DNA of 64,000 nt from an uncultured Planctomycetaceae bacterium (GTDB taxonomy: Bacteria > Planctomycetota > Planctomycetia > Isosphaerales > Isosphaeraceae). The stretch is taken from NCBI GenBank assembly GCA_963833985.1, contig CAWIAD010000002.1, forward strand, positions 1,824,001-1,888,000, read 5' to 3'. Each line of letters starts with the position of its first letter. Position 1 is the first letter of the stretch. The notes below the pieces were generated by a model. The model saw only the letters and a program-made list of their open reading frames with translations, made no database searches and was not told the origin of the DNA. The position numbers were made by a program, and so were the translations under genes. Below, one piece after another: positions 1 to 11,000 of this stretch.

Positions 1-968
1 TCGAACTGCTGGTCGTGATGGCCATCATCGGCGTTGTCGTGGCCGTGCTGCTGCCTGCGCTGGTGGGAGCGCGTGCCGCGTGCCGGCGGGTCCATTGCGT
101 GAATAACCTCAAGCAGCTCGAGCTGGCCATCCAGAGCTACGTGACGGCTTACGAGGTGCTTCCCTCGGGAACCACCAGCGACTCCCGGCCCGTGACCAGC
201 GAGCCCGGCGGCTACAAGCTGAGCTGGATCGTCTCGATTCTCCCATACATGGAGCAGACCATGCTCAGCCAGTCGTTCGATCCCGACTATGGCGCGGAAG
301 ACCCCGTCAACCAGACAGCCCGGATGGCCTGGATCAACTCGCTTCTGTGCCCCAGCGAGGGGTTGCCCGAAGACCCCGCCGGTACGATCTCGATGCCGGC
401 GATGGCGCGCGGCAACCCGGCGCGAATCAGCTTCCTCTCGTCGACCTCTCCCGCACTGGCGCGCACCGGCCCGGGGCGGACAAGCTACGTGGCCTGCCAT
501 GATGACATCGAAGCGCCGATTGACGTCGATAATCACGGAGCCTTCTCTCTGAATAGCCACACGCGCCTGGTCGAGGTGTCTGACGGGCTGTCCAACACGG
601 TGTTCCTGGGCGAGGTGCCGTGGTCGCTCTCGCCCGGATGGGCCGTCGGCACCCGATCGACGCTACGCAACACGGGGCATCCGATCAATGGTGTCTCCGA
701 CGGCTCGGTCCCCATCACCGGCGCGAACGAGCCGCGGCTTCCCGTGCCGCAGAGCCTGATGCAGCTCGACTACGAGATTGATTCCGGCGAACTGATCGTG
801 GCGCCGACCTTCGTGGGCGGATTCGGCAGCAGCCACGCCGGCGGCGGATCAAACTTCGCGTTCGGCGACGGCTCGGTCCGGTTCCTCAAGCAGACGATCG
901 ATCGCACGGTTTTCCAGCGGCTCGGGAATCGTTGCGACGGAGAGATGATTGATGATGAGGCATACTGA
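1..968 (+). CDS. DUF1559 / prepilin-type N-terminal cleavage-methylation domain protein (5'-partial)
   Basis: Frame reads ELLVVMAIIGVVVAVLLPAL from base 3, then RRVHCVNNLKQLELA, DGLSNT and a C-terminal H...NFAFGDGSVRF motif. The start lies upstream of the window. Confidence 0.9.
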   Translation, partial: ELLVVMAIIGVVVAVLLPALVGARAACRRVHCVNNLKQLELAIQSYVTAYEVLPSGTTSDSRPVTSEPGGYKLSWIVSILPYMEQTMLSQSFDPDYGAEDPVNQTARMAWINSLLCPSEGLPEDPAGTISMPAMARGNPARISFLSSTSPALARTGPGRTSYVACHDDIEAPIDVDNHGAFSLNSHTRLVEVSDGLSNTVFLGEVPWSLSPGWAVGTRSTLRNTGHPINGVSDGSVPITGANEPRLPVPQSLMQLDYEIDSGELIVAPTFVGGFGSSHAGGGSNFAFGDGSVRFLKQTIDRTVFQRLGNRCDGEMIDDEAY

Positions 969-1914
969 GGTTGCGAGGTCCGGCCGGGGTGTGTTCCGGG
1001 CGGAAAGCCCCGGCGGCTTCACGCTTCTCGAGTTGCTCGTCGTGCTGATCATCATTGGCGTGCTGGTCGGCCTGCTGCTGCCGGCCCTGAACAGTGCGCG
1101 CGAGGCCGCCCGCCGCGTGCAGTGCGAGAACAACCTGATGCAGCTTGGCCTGGCGCTCCAGCACTATGCCTCGGATCACCGTGTGCTTCCGCCCGGCGTG
1201 GTCCAGGAGACCGGGCCGATCGCCACCGGTCCATCCGGGTATCACTATAGCTGGATCGTGCAACTGCTTCCGTACCTGGACCAGCGGGAACTTTTTCACC
1301 GGGTCGACTTCCGGACCAGCGCCTATGATCCGGCCAACGACACGGTGCGGCAGACCTCCCTCGGCGTGTTGCACTGCCCCGATGACGACTCCGGCCGGCG
1401 TAATCCTTCCACGGGCGCGACGCTGACAAATTACGCGGGATGCCATCACGAGGTCGAGGCGCCCATTGACGCGGATAACCACGGCGTGTTTTTCCTGAAC
1501 AGTCATGTGGCGCTGGGCGACGTCTCCGACGGCCTCTCCTGCACGATCTTCCTGGGCGAGGTGGCACGGGCGCATCCGCTCGGCTGGTTCTCGGGCACCC
1601 GGGCAACATTGCGGAACACGGGCCACCCGATCAACGGGCTCGATATGACTGCGGCCAACGCACCTTTCTCCGGCACGTCTCCCCTGGGGTCCGACCTGGA
1701 GCCTGGCGAAATCGACGACATGATCGATTCGGGAACGCTCAAGATCGGCCCGCTCTTCGTCGGCGGTTTCGGCAGCGATCATGGCCGCGACGGCGCGAAT
1801 TTTGCCCTCGGCGACGGCTCGGTCCGGTTCGTGAGGGCGAGCATCGACCAGACTGCCTACCGCCGCCTGGGGCACCGTTGTGATGGAGAGCTCATCGATG
1901 ACGAACAGTTCTGA
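949..1914 (+). CDS. DUF1559 / prepilin-type domain protein
   Basis: [38 protein letters not shown] and [17 protein letters not shown]. Exact start codon among 949/955/958 is uncertain. Confidence 0.92.
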   Translation: MMMRHTEVARSGRGVFRAESPGGFTLLELLVVLIIIGVLVGLLLPALNSAREAARRVQCENNLMQLGLALQHYASDHRVLPPGVVQETGPIATGPSGYHYSWIVQLLPYLDQRELFHRVDFRTSAYDPANDTVRQTSLGVLHCPDDDSGRRNPSTGATLTNYAGCHHEVEAPIDADNHGVFFLNSHVALGDVSDGLSCTIFLGEVARAHPLGWFSGTRATLRNTGHPINGLDMTAANAPFSGTSPLGSDLEPGEIDDMIDSGTLKIGPLFVGGFGSDHGRDGANFALGDGSVRFVRASIDQTAYRRLGHRCDGELIDDEQF

Positions 1915-1927
1915 GAACCCGCTGCCC

Positions 1928-2840
1928 ATGCGCGGCAGCCGCGGCAGCAAGGGGACGGATCCGAGGTGCCGGCGCGGTTTCACGCTCATCGAGCTGCTGC
2001 TGGTCATCGGCATCATCGCGGTGTTGATATCGCTGCTGTTGCCGGCGATCCAGGCTGCACGCGAGAACGCCCGGCGCGTGCAATGCCAGAAGAACCTCGG
2101 CCAGATCGGCCTCGCCCTGGCTCAGTACGCGTCGAGCCACCGGGTCTTTCCGCCGGGCGTGGTCGACGAAAAGGGCCCGATCTCGAACCTGCCGGTGGGC
2201 TACCACTACGGCTGGGCGGCACAGATCTTGCCCGAGCTGGAGGCCCCGGCCATCTACCATGAGCTCAACTTCGCCCTCAGCGTCTACGATGAGAGTAACG
2301 ACACCGCGCGGGCACCGCATCAGCGCGTTCCTCTGCCCCTCGGATAGCAGCCCCGGCCTGATGAGCTACGCCGCATGCCACCACGACGTCGAGGCACCCA
2401 TCGACACCACCAATCAGGGCGTCTTCTTCCTGAACAGCCGGGTATCCAGAGACGAGCTCAGCGACGGCCCGGCGTTCACCATCCTGGTGGGCGAAATGCA
2501 CGGCAACGGCCCTAGCCTGGGCTGGGCGGTCGGCACCATGTCGTCGCTGCGAAACGCGGGGACGGCCATCAACGACGACGCTCGCGTCGTGCCGCCTGGC
2601 ACTCCCGGCCGGTTTCCGATCGGTCTCCAGACCGGCATTGCCGAGTTCCAGACCGTGGTCGAGAGCGGGGCGCTACCGGCTGGGTACGTCGGCGGCTTCT
2701 CCAGCAGGCACCGGGGAGGGGCGAACTTTGTTTTCGCCGATGGCTCGGTCCGCTTCGAGAGCCAGAAGATCAACATGTCCGTCTACCGATCGCTGGCGAA
2801 TCGCCATGATGGCAACCTGATCAGCGCCGATGACTATTGA
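1928..2840 (+). CDS. DUF1559 / prepilin-type domain protein (frameshift near 2308)
   Basis: ORF 1880-2347 gives [14 protein letters not shown]...QCQKNL. ORF 2259-2840 continues with FLCPSD...[16 protein letters not shown]. The joined product is collinear with the two upstream paralogs. Confidence 0.85.
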
Positions 2841-2854
2841 GGGCTGAATCAGCC

Positions 2855-3214
2855 CCGATACCGTTGAGATAGCGGTAAGTTGAGTGTGGGTAGAGGTTTG
2901 CCCCTCGTTCCCACGCCGAGCGTGGGAACAAGTCTCTCACAAATCTCTTAAATGATTCATATGCTTGTCCCTCGTTCCCACGCTCCGCGTGGGAATGCCG
3001 TCTGCGACGCTCCGCGTCGATCGGGGCCCGTGCGGAGGCTGGGAAATCCATGGGACGCAGCGTGTCCTCACCGGTGTTCCCACGCTCGGCGTGGGAACAA
3101 GTCTCTCACAAATTATTAATTATTACATATGTATATTCATGGTTTCCACGCTCTGCGTGGGAACAAGTCCGCCGCAAACCTCTTGCCTGGTCAGGGCTAT
3201 TTCAACGGTATTGG
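2855..3214. mobile_element. Non-autonomous MITE/REPIN-like element: four REP-like palindromes inside imperfect terminal inverted repeats
   Basis: GTTCCCACGC-nnn-GCGTGGGAAC hairpins at 2907-2929, 2974-2996, 3076-3098 and 3142-3164. The ends CCGATACCGTTGAGATAGC (2855-2873) and GCTATTTCAACGGTATTGG (3196-3214) are inverted repeats. Lies between convergent genes. Confidence 0.7.
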
Positions 3215-3234
3215 ATTTAGCTCCTGATGTCCTC

Positions 3235-6200
3235 CTATTCCGCTCCAAGCACGGCCGCCAGGGCCTTGAGGCCTTGAGGGTCCCGGAAGTAGCTCAGGTG
3301 ATCGCAGGCAACGGGATGGACCTGGAACGAGGCTTTCCATCCGTCCGGGACGTTCTCCATGCTGGCCACGGAGACGGCGATGTCGTTTTCCTGGCTGAAG
3401 AAGAATGCGTTTGCAACCTGGTGCAGGAGCTCGGGCGATCGCAGCCGCGCAAGCAGCCGCGTGAACAGAGCCCGGGCGCCTTCGGCCGGTTGCTGGGGCA
3501 CCTGCTTGATCATCGACGTGTTGCCTGCCAGCAGGACATAGGGAATGCCCGGGTCTGCGCCCTGCTTCAGGGCTTGCAAGACCCCGGACGTGGGCAGCAT
3601 CTCGTTCAGCGCGACGGTGGGGTTCTCGATCCAGGCAGCCAGGCCGCCAACGATCGACGCCGGCCAGGCGATGGCGGTGAGGTGGTTCAAACCGAGCGTC
3701 AGCGCAAGCGTGGCCCAGTCAAAGACCTGGGGCCAGGGTGAACCGCCGTTGGGCGTGCCCAGCATGACCAGCCGGCGCACGACATGGTTGCCCCCTTCTT
3801 GCTCGATGAACCAGCGCGCGACCAGACCGCCCATCGAGTGTGCGACGACGTCGACCACCTTGCCGTGCCCGGGCGCAGTCCCACGGCCTCCAGCCGCTCT
3901 TTCAGGAGCCGGCCATTCTCCTCGATGCGGGTATTCAGGTTCTCGTAGTCGAAGGTCAAGACCAGGTCATACAGGCTGGCCAGGGGCCAGTTGTCGGCGC
4001 TCCGGGCAAGCTGGAGGCCTGGCACCATGCTCGAGGTGTCGTCGATGATTCCGTGCACCAGGACCACGATGCGCCCGGCCTGTGCGACCCGGTTGCGGAC
4101 CTCGATATGATCGCGCACGGAGCTGACGGTTCCGTCAGCCGCCACGTCCGCGGCCGCCAGGATCGGGTACGGGAACTCCAGGTGAACCGCCTTGCTGACG
4201 ACCTTCTGGAAGAAGATCTTGATGGCTCCGCCGAGAGTCCGGCTATCGACAAAAGGATCAGGAAGCCGGTCCAGGGCAATGGTGGTCCGGCCTTCGGACC
4301 GGCTTTCCACGCGGCCCAGGGGCAGGAAGAACTCGCCGTCGTACGCAACCGGCAGGACATGCTCGTGCGGCAGCAGGGCGACGGGGACGTCCAGCCGCAA
4401 GGGTGCCTCGCGCGTCACGAGCGCGGGGTTCTTCACCTCGGAGAGTTCCAGCACGCTCAGCCCCACTTCAAGGCCCCGGCTGGGGGAAAGGAGCAGGGGC
4501 TGGCTCAGCTCCGGGTCGTCATAGAGCAGCCTCGGCAGCCGGACATGGCCCAGGTCGCGCGTGGCCAGGGAAGCAGTGGCCAGCCGGGCTGTGGCCTCGA
4601 GTGCGGGGTGCGGTTGCAGGATCACGCCGGGCGCCAGTTCGACCGCCGGCTGGCTGGCCATCGGAACGGCCCTGCCGTCGAGCGGGCGGACCGTGGTGAA
4701 CGCCAGCTCGGCGGCCTGCCAGTCGTCGATGGACGCGGGCGCGCCGGTGCCGAAGTCGCGGGTCTGCACCTTTCTCATAAGGTGCTCCAGCGAGCCGCCC
4801 CTGCCGCTTCCCCGCATGCCGCCGCCGGCTGCGCGGGCGCGGCATGTCCAGCCGCGGCTGCTCCAGCAGCCTGGGGTCGAACTCCTCCGTGCAAACGATC
4901 AGTTTGAGCAGGTCCTTGTATTCGATCACTCCCTGCTTCCAGAGCTCGTCCGGCACGTTCGCCGTGATCGGCTGGCCGTCGTTCGCCCAGGCCGTCTCGC
5001 CCGGCTCCAGCTTCACGCACCCGGACCGGATCAGCCCGGCGGATACCTGGAACCGCTGGGTCAGGTCCAGCAAGCCGCAGAAGAGCCTGCGATTGCTGGT
5101 GTTGGTCAGGCTCACCTGGAACCCGGGCTCGACCGTTTTGCCTTTCTTGACCTGGTATTCCAGGCGGATCTCGCTGCCGGCAACCTCCTTGCCGTCGACG
5201 AGCACGCTCAGCTTGATGGCGCCCGGCTCGATGGTGGTGGCGGGATTGGCAAGCCGAGCGGTCTGGTTCCAGCGGGCCATGTGCTCCAGCCGTTCCACGG
5301 TCTGTTTCGCCCCGGCCGCGTCCAGGCCGTCTATCTGTGCCACCAGCGGGCGGTCCTGGTCCGGCCGGGTGATGGTGTACTGACTGTCGCGCACGAGCAC
5401 GCGGAACTCCGCGGCGCTCGTCTCCTTGGCCTCGATGATGAAGAGCGACGGCTTGCCCTCCGGCGACGAGGTCGCGATGGCGTGGCGGACCAGCGCGCAG
5501 TCCGCGGCCTGTCCTTCCAGCACGACTCCCAGCGGTGGCACGGGCAGGCTGATGATCACGGCCTTGTACGTGTTTTGGGGATCGAGCGCCGTGGCTTGCT
5601 CGACGGCCAGCCGGCTTGTCGTGGGCAGGACCTCGGCCACGTGAGCCATCGCCAGCGCTCGGGACGGGTCGGCGAGGTCGGCGGCCGGCGCATCAAACGC
5701 GTACAGCGCCACCCGGGCGGCGTCGGCACCAGAAGGCGCCGGAATGCCGCTGGCCGCGCCGGCGCTCAGCACCCAGCGCGACCCCATGAGCTGCACCGGG
5801 ATTGCGGCCGGTGCCGGCCGGATGAGTCCGTCCAGGAACGTGGCGTCGAGGTCCTCGTTCCACGCGGTCTCGAGCTGGGCCGACTGGTCGCTCACCTGCG
5901 TGGCAAGCAGGGCCGACGTGCGTGTGAACAGGTCGCGATAGGTGGGAACGCCCGATGCGCTGCGGAGTGACTGGCCCAGGAAGAAGGAAAAGGCCCCGCG
6001 ATGCTTGCCGTCTCCCGAGTATTCCTTGGCCTCCTGGTCATCGCGGCAGGCTGCCATCAGCACGTGCCGTCCCGCGGGAGGCATGTCCCAGCCTCTCTTT
6101 TTGTTGCCGGTGCTGCGCGTGGCAGCCGCCTGGGCTTCATCCGCCGTGACCAGAAAGGTCTCGATGGGTCGCTGGCGGAGATCGGTGGGAGCGCGGCGGA

Positions 6201-6681
6201 CCACGGTATCGCTGCCGCGCGTGCCGGATCCGGAGTGGCAGCAATCAAGGATCACGGCGACGTGCGGCCCGTTTGCCGCCACCTGGCCGATCAGCTTGGC
6301 GAGCTCCTTGTCGGCCAGGTCCCAGCTTCCGGGCTCGCGGCTGTCGTAGAGCACGAGCGTCTCGTCGAGATGGTCCGGCTCGATCGTCCAGAACTGTTCG
6401 GGCGCCGGCTCCTGCGAGCCGTGGCCGCTGTAATACAGAAGAGCGACGTCGCCGCCCGCCGCCTGGCCCAGGTGCTCCTGGAACGCCGCGACCACCGCCT
6501 TGCGGGTGGCCTCGCCATTCTTCAGCGTCCTGGCCTCCAGCCGGACCATCTTGTCGCCAGCAACACGCTCCTGGAGATAGGCCGAGATGGCGTCGATGTC
6601 GTTGACGCAGCCCTGAAGCCTCGGTATCGGAGCGGGATAATCATCGATGCCAATCAGCAAGGCGAAGATGGTGCGGGCCAT
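3235..6681 (-). CDS. Caspase-like (peptidase C14) protease fused to a C-terminal alpha/beta-hydrolase (lipase-like); two frameshifts (~4835, ~3875)
   Basis: N-terminus ALLIGIDDY...GCVND with YYSGHG (His) and ILDCCHSG (Cys). C-terminus VLVHGI, AHSMGG, LGTPNGGS, ND.V and CDHLSYF. The three ORFs 4519-6681, 3699-4817 and 3235-3858 join across single indels. Confidence 0.85.
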
Positions 6682-6725
6682 GCGATGGTCTCCTGAAGAA
6701 CTGGCTGTCCGGTCACCGGGCGAAG

Positions 6726-7940
6726 TCAGGGTCCCTGCGAGGGGAGAGTGATGCTCCCATTCTGCTGGGTGTTCGTTCCGGCGTCGATGAAATCGACGGT
6801 CGTTTGATCAAAATGGTTGGCCACGTCGCCCGGGTTGGTGAAGCGCTGGCCGTCGAGGGCGAAGATGATGTCGCCGGCGTCGAGCGGCAGTTGCGACGCG
6901 GGCGAGCCGGGCAGGGGGGCTCTGGTGAGCTTGAGCCCGACCGTGCCGTCGCCGAATCGGATCGGGACGTAGACGACGCCCAGGTTCGCCGCCACCAGCG
7001 AGCCGGGCCCGCCCGCTGAGGGCTGCGGTCCCGGCTGCGGCCCGTTGCCGGCGTTCGCTAGCTGCCCGAACTGGTTCGTCCCATTCATCGCCATCGGGGC
7101 CGGGGCGTACCTGGGCGGGGTTCGACCGGTGTCAGACGCGGAAGGGAGAGTGATGTTGCCGCGCTGCACGGTGTTGGTGGCCGCGTTGATGAAATCGACG
7201 GTCGTTTGATCGAAATGGTTGGCGACGTCGCCCGGGTTGGTGAAGCGCTGGCCGTCGAGGGCGAGGATGATGTCGCCGGTATCCAGCGGCAGTTGCGATG
7301 CCGGCGAGCCGGGCAGGGGGGCTCTTGCGAGCCTGAGCCCGATGGTGCCGTCCCCAAGCTGTATGGGCACGTAAACGATGCCGAGGTTTCTTGCCGTCAT
7401 CGGCCTGGGGCCGCCTTGCGCGATTCCCGGTTGCGCGGACATCGGGCCCGCTCCCATGTTTTGCTGGCCCCACTGATTCACTCCATTCATCACCATCGGG
7501 GCGTTCGGCTGTCCTCCGGGAGTCGGTTGCAATGGGTTGGCGGGTGGTTGCGGTACGCCGTTCGCTGACGGCAGCATGATGTTGCCGCGATGCAGTGTGT
7601 TGGTCCGCGCAGCGACGAAGTCAACGGTGGTCTGATCGAAATGGCTGGCGACGTCGCCGGGGTTGGCGAAGCGCTGGCCGTCGAGGGCGAAGATGATGTC
7701 ACCGGCGTCGAGCGGCAGTTGCGACGCGGGCGAGCCGGGCAGGGGAGGCCGGGTCAACCTGAGACCCATCGTGCCGTCCTGAAAGCCGATTGGTATGTAA
7801 ACAACGCCCAGGTTGGCCGCCAGCAGGGGCTGCGGGGCCATGGGGGCGGGCACCGGCGCAGGGCCCTGGCCGAAAGCCGGCCAGCAGGGGCCGGCGGCGA
7901 TGCATGTTGCGACGAGTGCCATCCTGGTGAACTGGTTCAT
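6726..7940 (-). CDS. Secreted protein with three tandem PDZ-like repeats
   Basis: Signal-peptide-like N-terminus. Three ~85-aa copies of NLGVVY.PI...G..L...PLPGSPASQLPLDAGDIIFALDGQRF separated by P/G/Q/N-rich linkers. Confidence 0.75.
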   Translation of the reverse strand: MNQFTRMALVATCIAAGPCWPAFGQGPAPVPAPMAPQPLLAANLGVVYIPIGFQDGTMGLRLTRPPLPGSPASQLPLDAGDIIFALDGQRFANPGDVASHFDQTTVDFVAARTNTLHRGNIMLPSANGVPQPPANPLQPTPGGQPNAPMVMNGVNQWGQQNMGAGPMSAQPGIAQGGPRPMTARNLGIVYVPIQLGDGTIGLRLARAPLPGSPASQLPLDTGDIILALDGQRFTNPGDVANHFDQTTVDFINAATNTVQRGNITLPSASDTGRTPPRYAPAPMAMNGTNQFGQLANAGNGPQPGPQPSAGGPGSLVAANLGVVYVPIRFGDGTVGLKLTRAPLPGSPASQLPLDAGDIIFALDGQRFTNPGDVANHFDQTTVDFIDAGTNTQQNGSITLPSQGP

Positions 7941-8051
7941 GATCTGGTCCTTCGGGTGCGGGTGAAAAGCGACGATGGGAACCTGGTTGTGACTGCGTCA
8001 GCTCTGTCGCCAGAATCCTGTCCCGGTTCCTGCCGGCCTCCTCGGCCGCGT

Positions 8052-11000
8052 TCAACCAGGCTTTGGGGGGTAAGTTCGGACGATGCGAAACCCGACGGCG
8101 GTCCAGCGGCTGGTCGGCCGGGTGGCATCCCGGTAGGCGGCCCTCAGGTTCAAGGCGAGCTCACCGAAGGACCCGCCGCGGTAGACCCGGCTGTCCACGT
8201 CCAGGACTGTCCGGTCGGTGCGCTCGCTCCCGAGGTCATCGACGGGCGGGCCGTCTGTTGCCGGGTAGGTCGGTCTGCGATCGGAGCACCACTCGTTGAC
8301 GTTTCCGTGCATGTCGAAAAGCCCGAACGCATTCGGCTTCTTCTGGCCGCCCTCCTGAGCCTGCTGCCGCAGGTTCTTCGTGATGGAGTTATCGAGGAAC
8401 CATGCAAAATCCTTCATGAGCGCGCTGTCGGACCCGAAGGCCCAGGGCGTTTCCGCCCCCGCGCGGCAGGCGTATTCCCACTCGGCCTCGGTGGGGAGCC
8501 GGTATCCCGTGCGGGTCAGGTGGTCGGCGAATAGCTCCATGCCCTCCTTGATCCGGGGGATCGGGGGGTAACATTGCTCCTTCTCCGGCAGACCTTCCTG
8601 CTCACCGAGCCAGCGGCAGTACTGGGCGGCCTCGAACCAGGTCACCGACAGGATCGGCCCTGTCCGCCGGGGGCTATAGCTTTGCAGGTCGGCATATACA
8701 AAATTCGCCTTCGCTTCTTGCGCGGCTGGATCGTCCAGGAACCTGAGGTAGTCGGCAACGGTCACCTCGCGCGTGCCGATGGCGAAGGAACGAGGGATGC
8801 GCCGGTGGTGTTGCCGTTCGTTCGGGTTCCGGCCCAGCTCGTTTTCCTCGTCGGGTGAACCCATGACGAAGACGCCGGGGTTCTTGACGATGACGAAGGT
8901 CTGGCCTTGCTTGTTGACGTACCACGCCTGCCTCGGGCCGGGCGGCTTGCCGGCCAGCGACTCATCCACGGCCACTCCGTCAAAGCAGAGCAGGTTCGGC
9001 AGCAGCCAGGCCAGCGCGGAGTGGAACCCCGGCTCCGGGTCGTGAGCGTAGGCGTCGAGCAGCTTCGCCGTCAGCGTGCGGTTCATCTCACCGGTCCGTA
9101 GCTCGTAGGGAAACTCGCCCAGAGCCAGCACGATGGCCGCGCGGATCGATGGCTCCTGCTCCTCGAACAGGTGACTGGCAAGGAGCTTGAAATCCACGCC
9201 CAGGCGCCCCATGCGTTCGATCAGGTACGTGCGCAGGCGCGGTTCCGGGCTCTGTCTCAGGGCGGGCCAGAGCCGGTCAGTCTGGCCCAGCATGGCGAGA
9301 GTGATCAGGGCATTGGCTTGCCGGCCCGCCAGTTCATCTTTCTGCTTGTAGATGCTTTTCAGCGGGGCCTTCTTGCCCAGCTCGTTCTTCATGGACCGGA
9401 CGGCCGCCCCGGGGTGATCCCTGGCCTTCGCGAACACGATGGGGAACTGGCGGGCGTCGGCCTGCTTGAGCAAATCGAAGGCGACCTCGTCGGTCATCGA
9501 CCGCACGGCTTCCTCGGGGTTGGCACGGGCCCTGGAGAAGAGGATCCGGAATTGCTGGGTGTCGGCATTCTTCAGCAAGGTGAGGATCTTGACGATATCG
9601 TCGGCGGCGTAATCGTTCAGGATCGTGGCCGCGACCTCCCGTTCGTGCGGTTGTCCCTCGTTGAACTTCACCTCCAGTGAGGGGATGAGCTGCTTCTTGA
9701 CGAGGCGGAACGCGTCGGTCCAGCCGCCGAGCTGAAGGGCGTTGACCGCGAGGACGTCGGCGACGACGCGCTCGGCCACCTGCCCCCAGCGCGTGTCTTG
9801 ATCGCTGAAGGCGGCAACCACCGCGGCATGGCGCAGGCGGAGCTCCGGGACGCTCTTGGTGTTCTTCACCGTCTGCCACAAGCGCTCGACAGTCTCTTGC
9901 GACAGGTAGGGACGCAGGTAATCCCGGACGAGCAGCAGCTCTTCGGGGTCGGAGTCGGCTGTGAGCACCTGCTGGAGCAAGAAATCGACCTCCGCGGGGT
10001 CCCTGTCCAGCAGGGCCAGGGCCGCCCGGCCTCTTTCCTTGGTGCTCGCTCCCTCTTTCGACCGCACGCCCCGCAGCCGGTCCATCGCTTCATCGCTCTC
10101 GCGCACGGACTTGAGGATGTCGGGCACGGCTTGAGGGTCGGCCTCGAGTAATTCCTCGGCCTGGGCGAGGGAGCGCACCTTCTTCTCGCTGGTGAGCTTG
10201 AGCAGGCTGTCGCTGAGATTGTTCCCCTTCGTACGGGCGTCGGACCATTCCATCGCCGCGATGCTCGCCACCAGCACCATGATCGCGGCCGCGGCACCCA
10301 GCAAGTAGGTCCCTTGCCGGAGACGGGTGTTGGTCTGTTTCTGCTTGAGATTGGCCTCCTCCAGGCGCTGGTTCGCCTCGAGCTGCTGCTCGTTGGCCGT
10401 CTGCTGTTCCGCCAGCCGGTGCTCGGCTTCCTGCCGGGCCTGGGCCTCTGCCTTCAGCCGCCCTTCCTCGGCCTCGTGCAATCGGCGGGCCTCCTCGGCT
10501 TCCTGGGTCTTGACGCGTTCGTCCTCATCCCGGCTTGCCATCACCAGGCGCTCTTCCACGCCGGTCCAGCCGCGCATTCCGGAAGCGCCTTCGAGGACCG
10601 TGGCCAGGTCCGCGCGGTCGAGACAGGGGCCGGTCTTGCCGTCAACCCAGTCGGGCACGCGGTTTTCCAGCAGGCGGCGCGCACGCTGACCGGGAGCGAC
10701 GGAGATCCGAAACCGTTGCTGAACCAGCGGCGCAAGCAGGTCGTGAGCCAGCCGTGTGGAGCGGGTGGTGGTCCCGGCCACCGGCTCGGCCTCCACGATG
10801 AGATAGTGGTCCTTACACTTGCCGAGCAGGCCGTCGAGCACCCCGGCCTGGTGGGCATAGCGCGCGTGGAGTGCCTCGCAGGTCTGCTGGGCGGCCGTGC
10901 CGAGATCGGTGGTATGGTACAGCAGCAAGTCAAGCGCCAGCCCTGAGTGCTCGACCTCGGGATTCCAGCGGCCGATGGCCTTCAGCCCCTCGTCGAGCAC

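Noticed and set aside
2907..3164. Four spaced palindromes as a mini-CRISPR
   Set aside because: Spacing is irregular, the intervening sequence recurs at 23.8 kb, and the pattern fits REP/MITE-type repeats.
2965..3741. 258-aa ORF (and similar ORFs at 2821-3051 and 23805-24119)
   Set aside because: These are translations of the palindromic repeats (VPTLRVG / SHAERGNE) running antisense into real genes.
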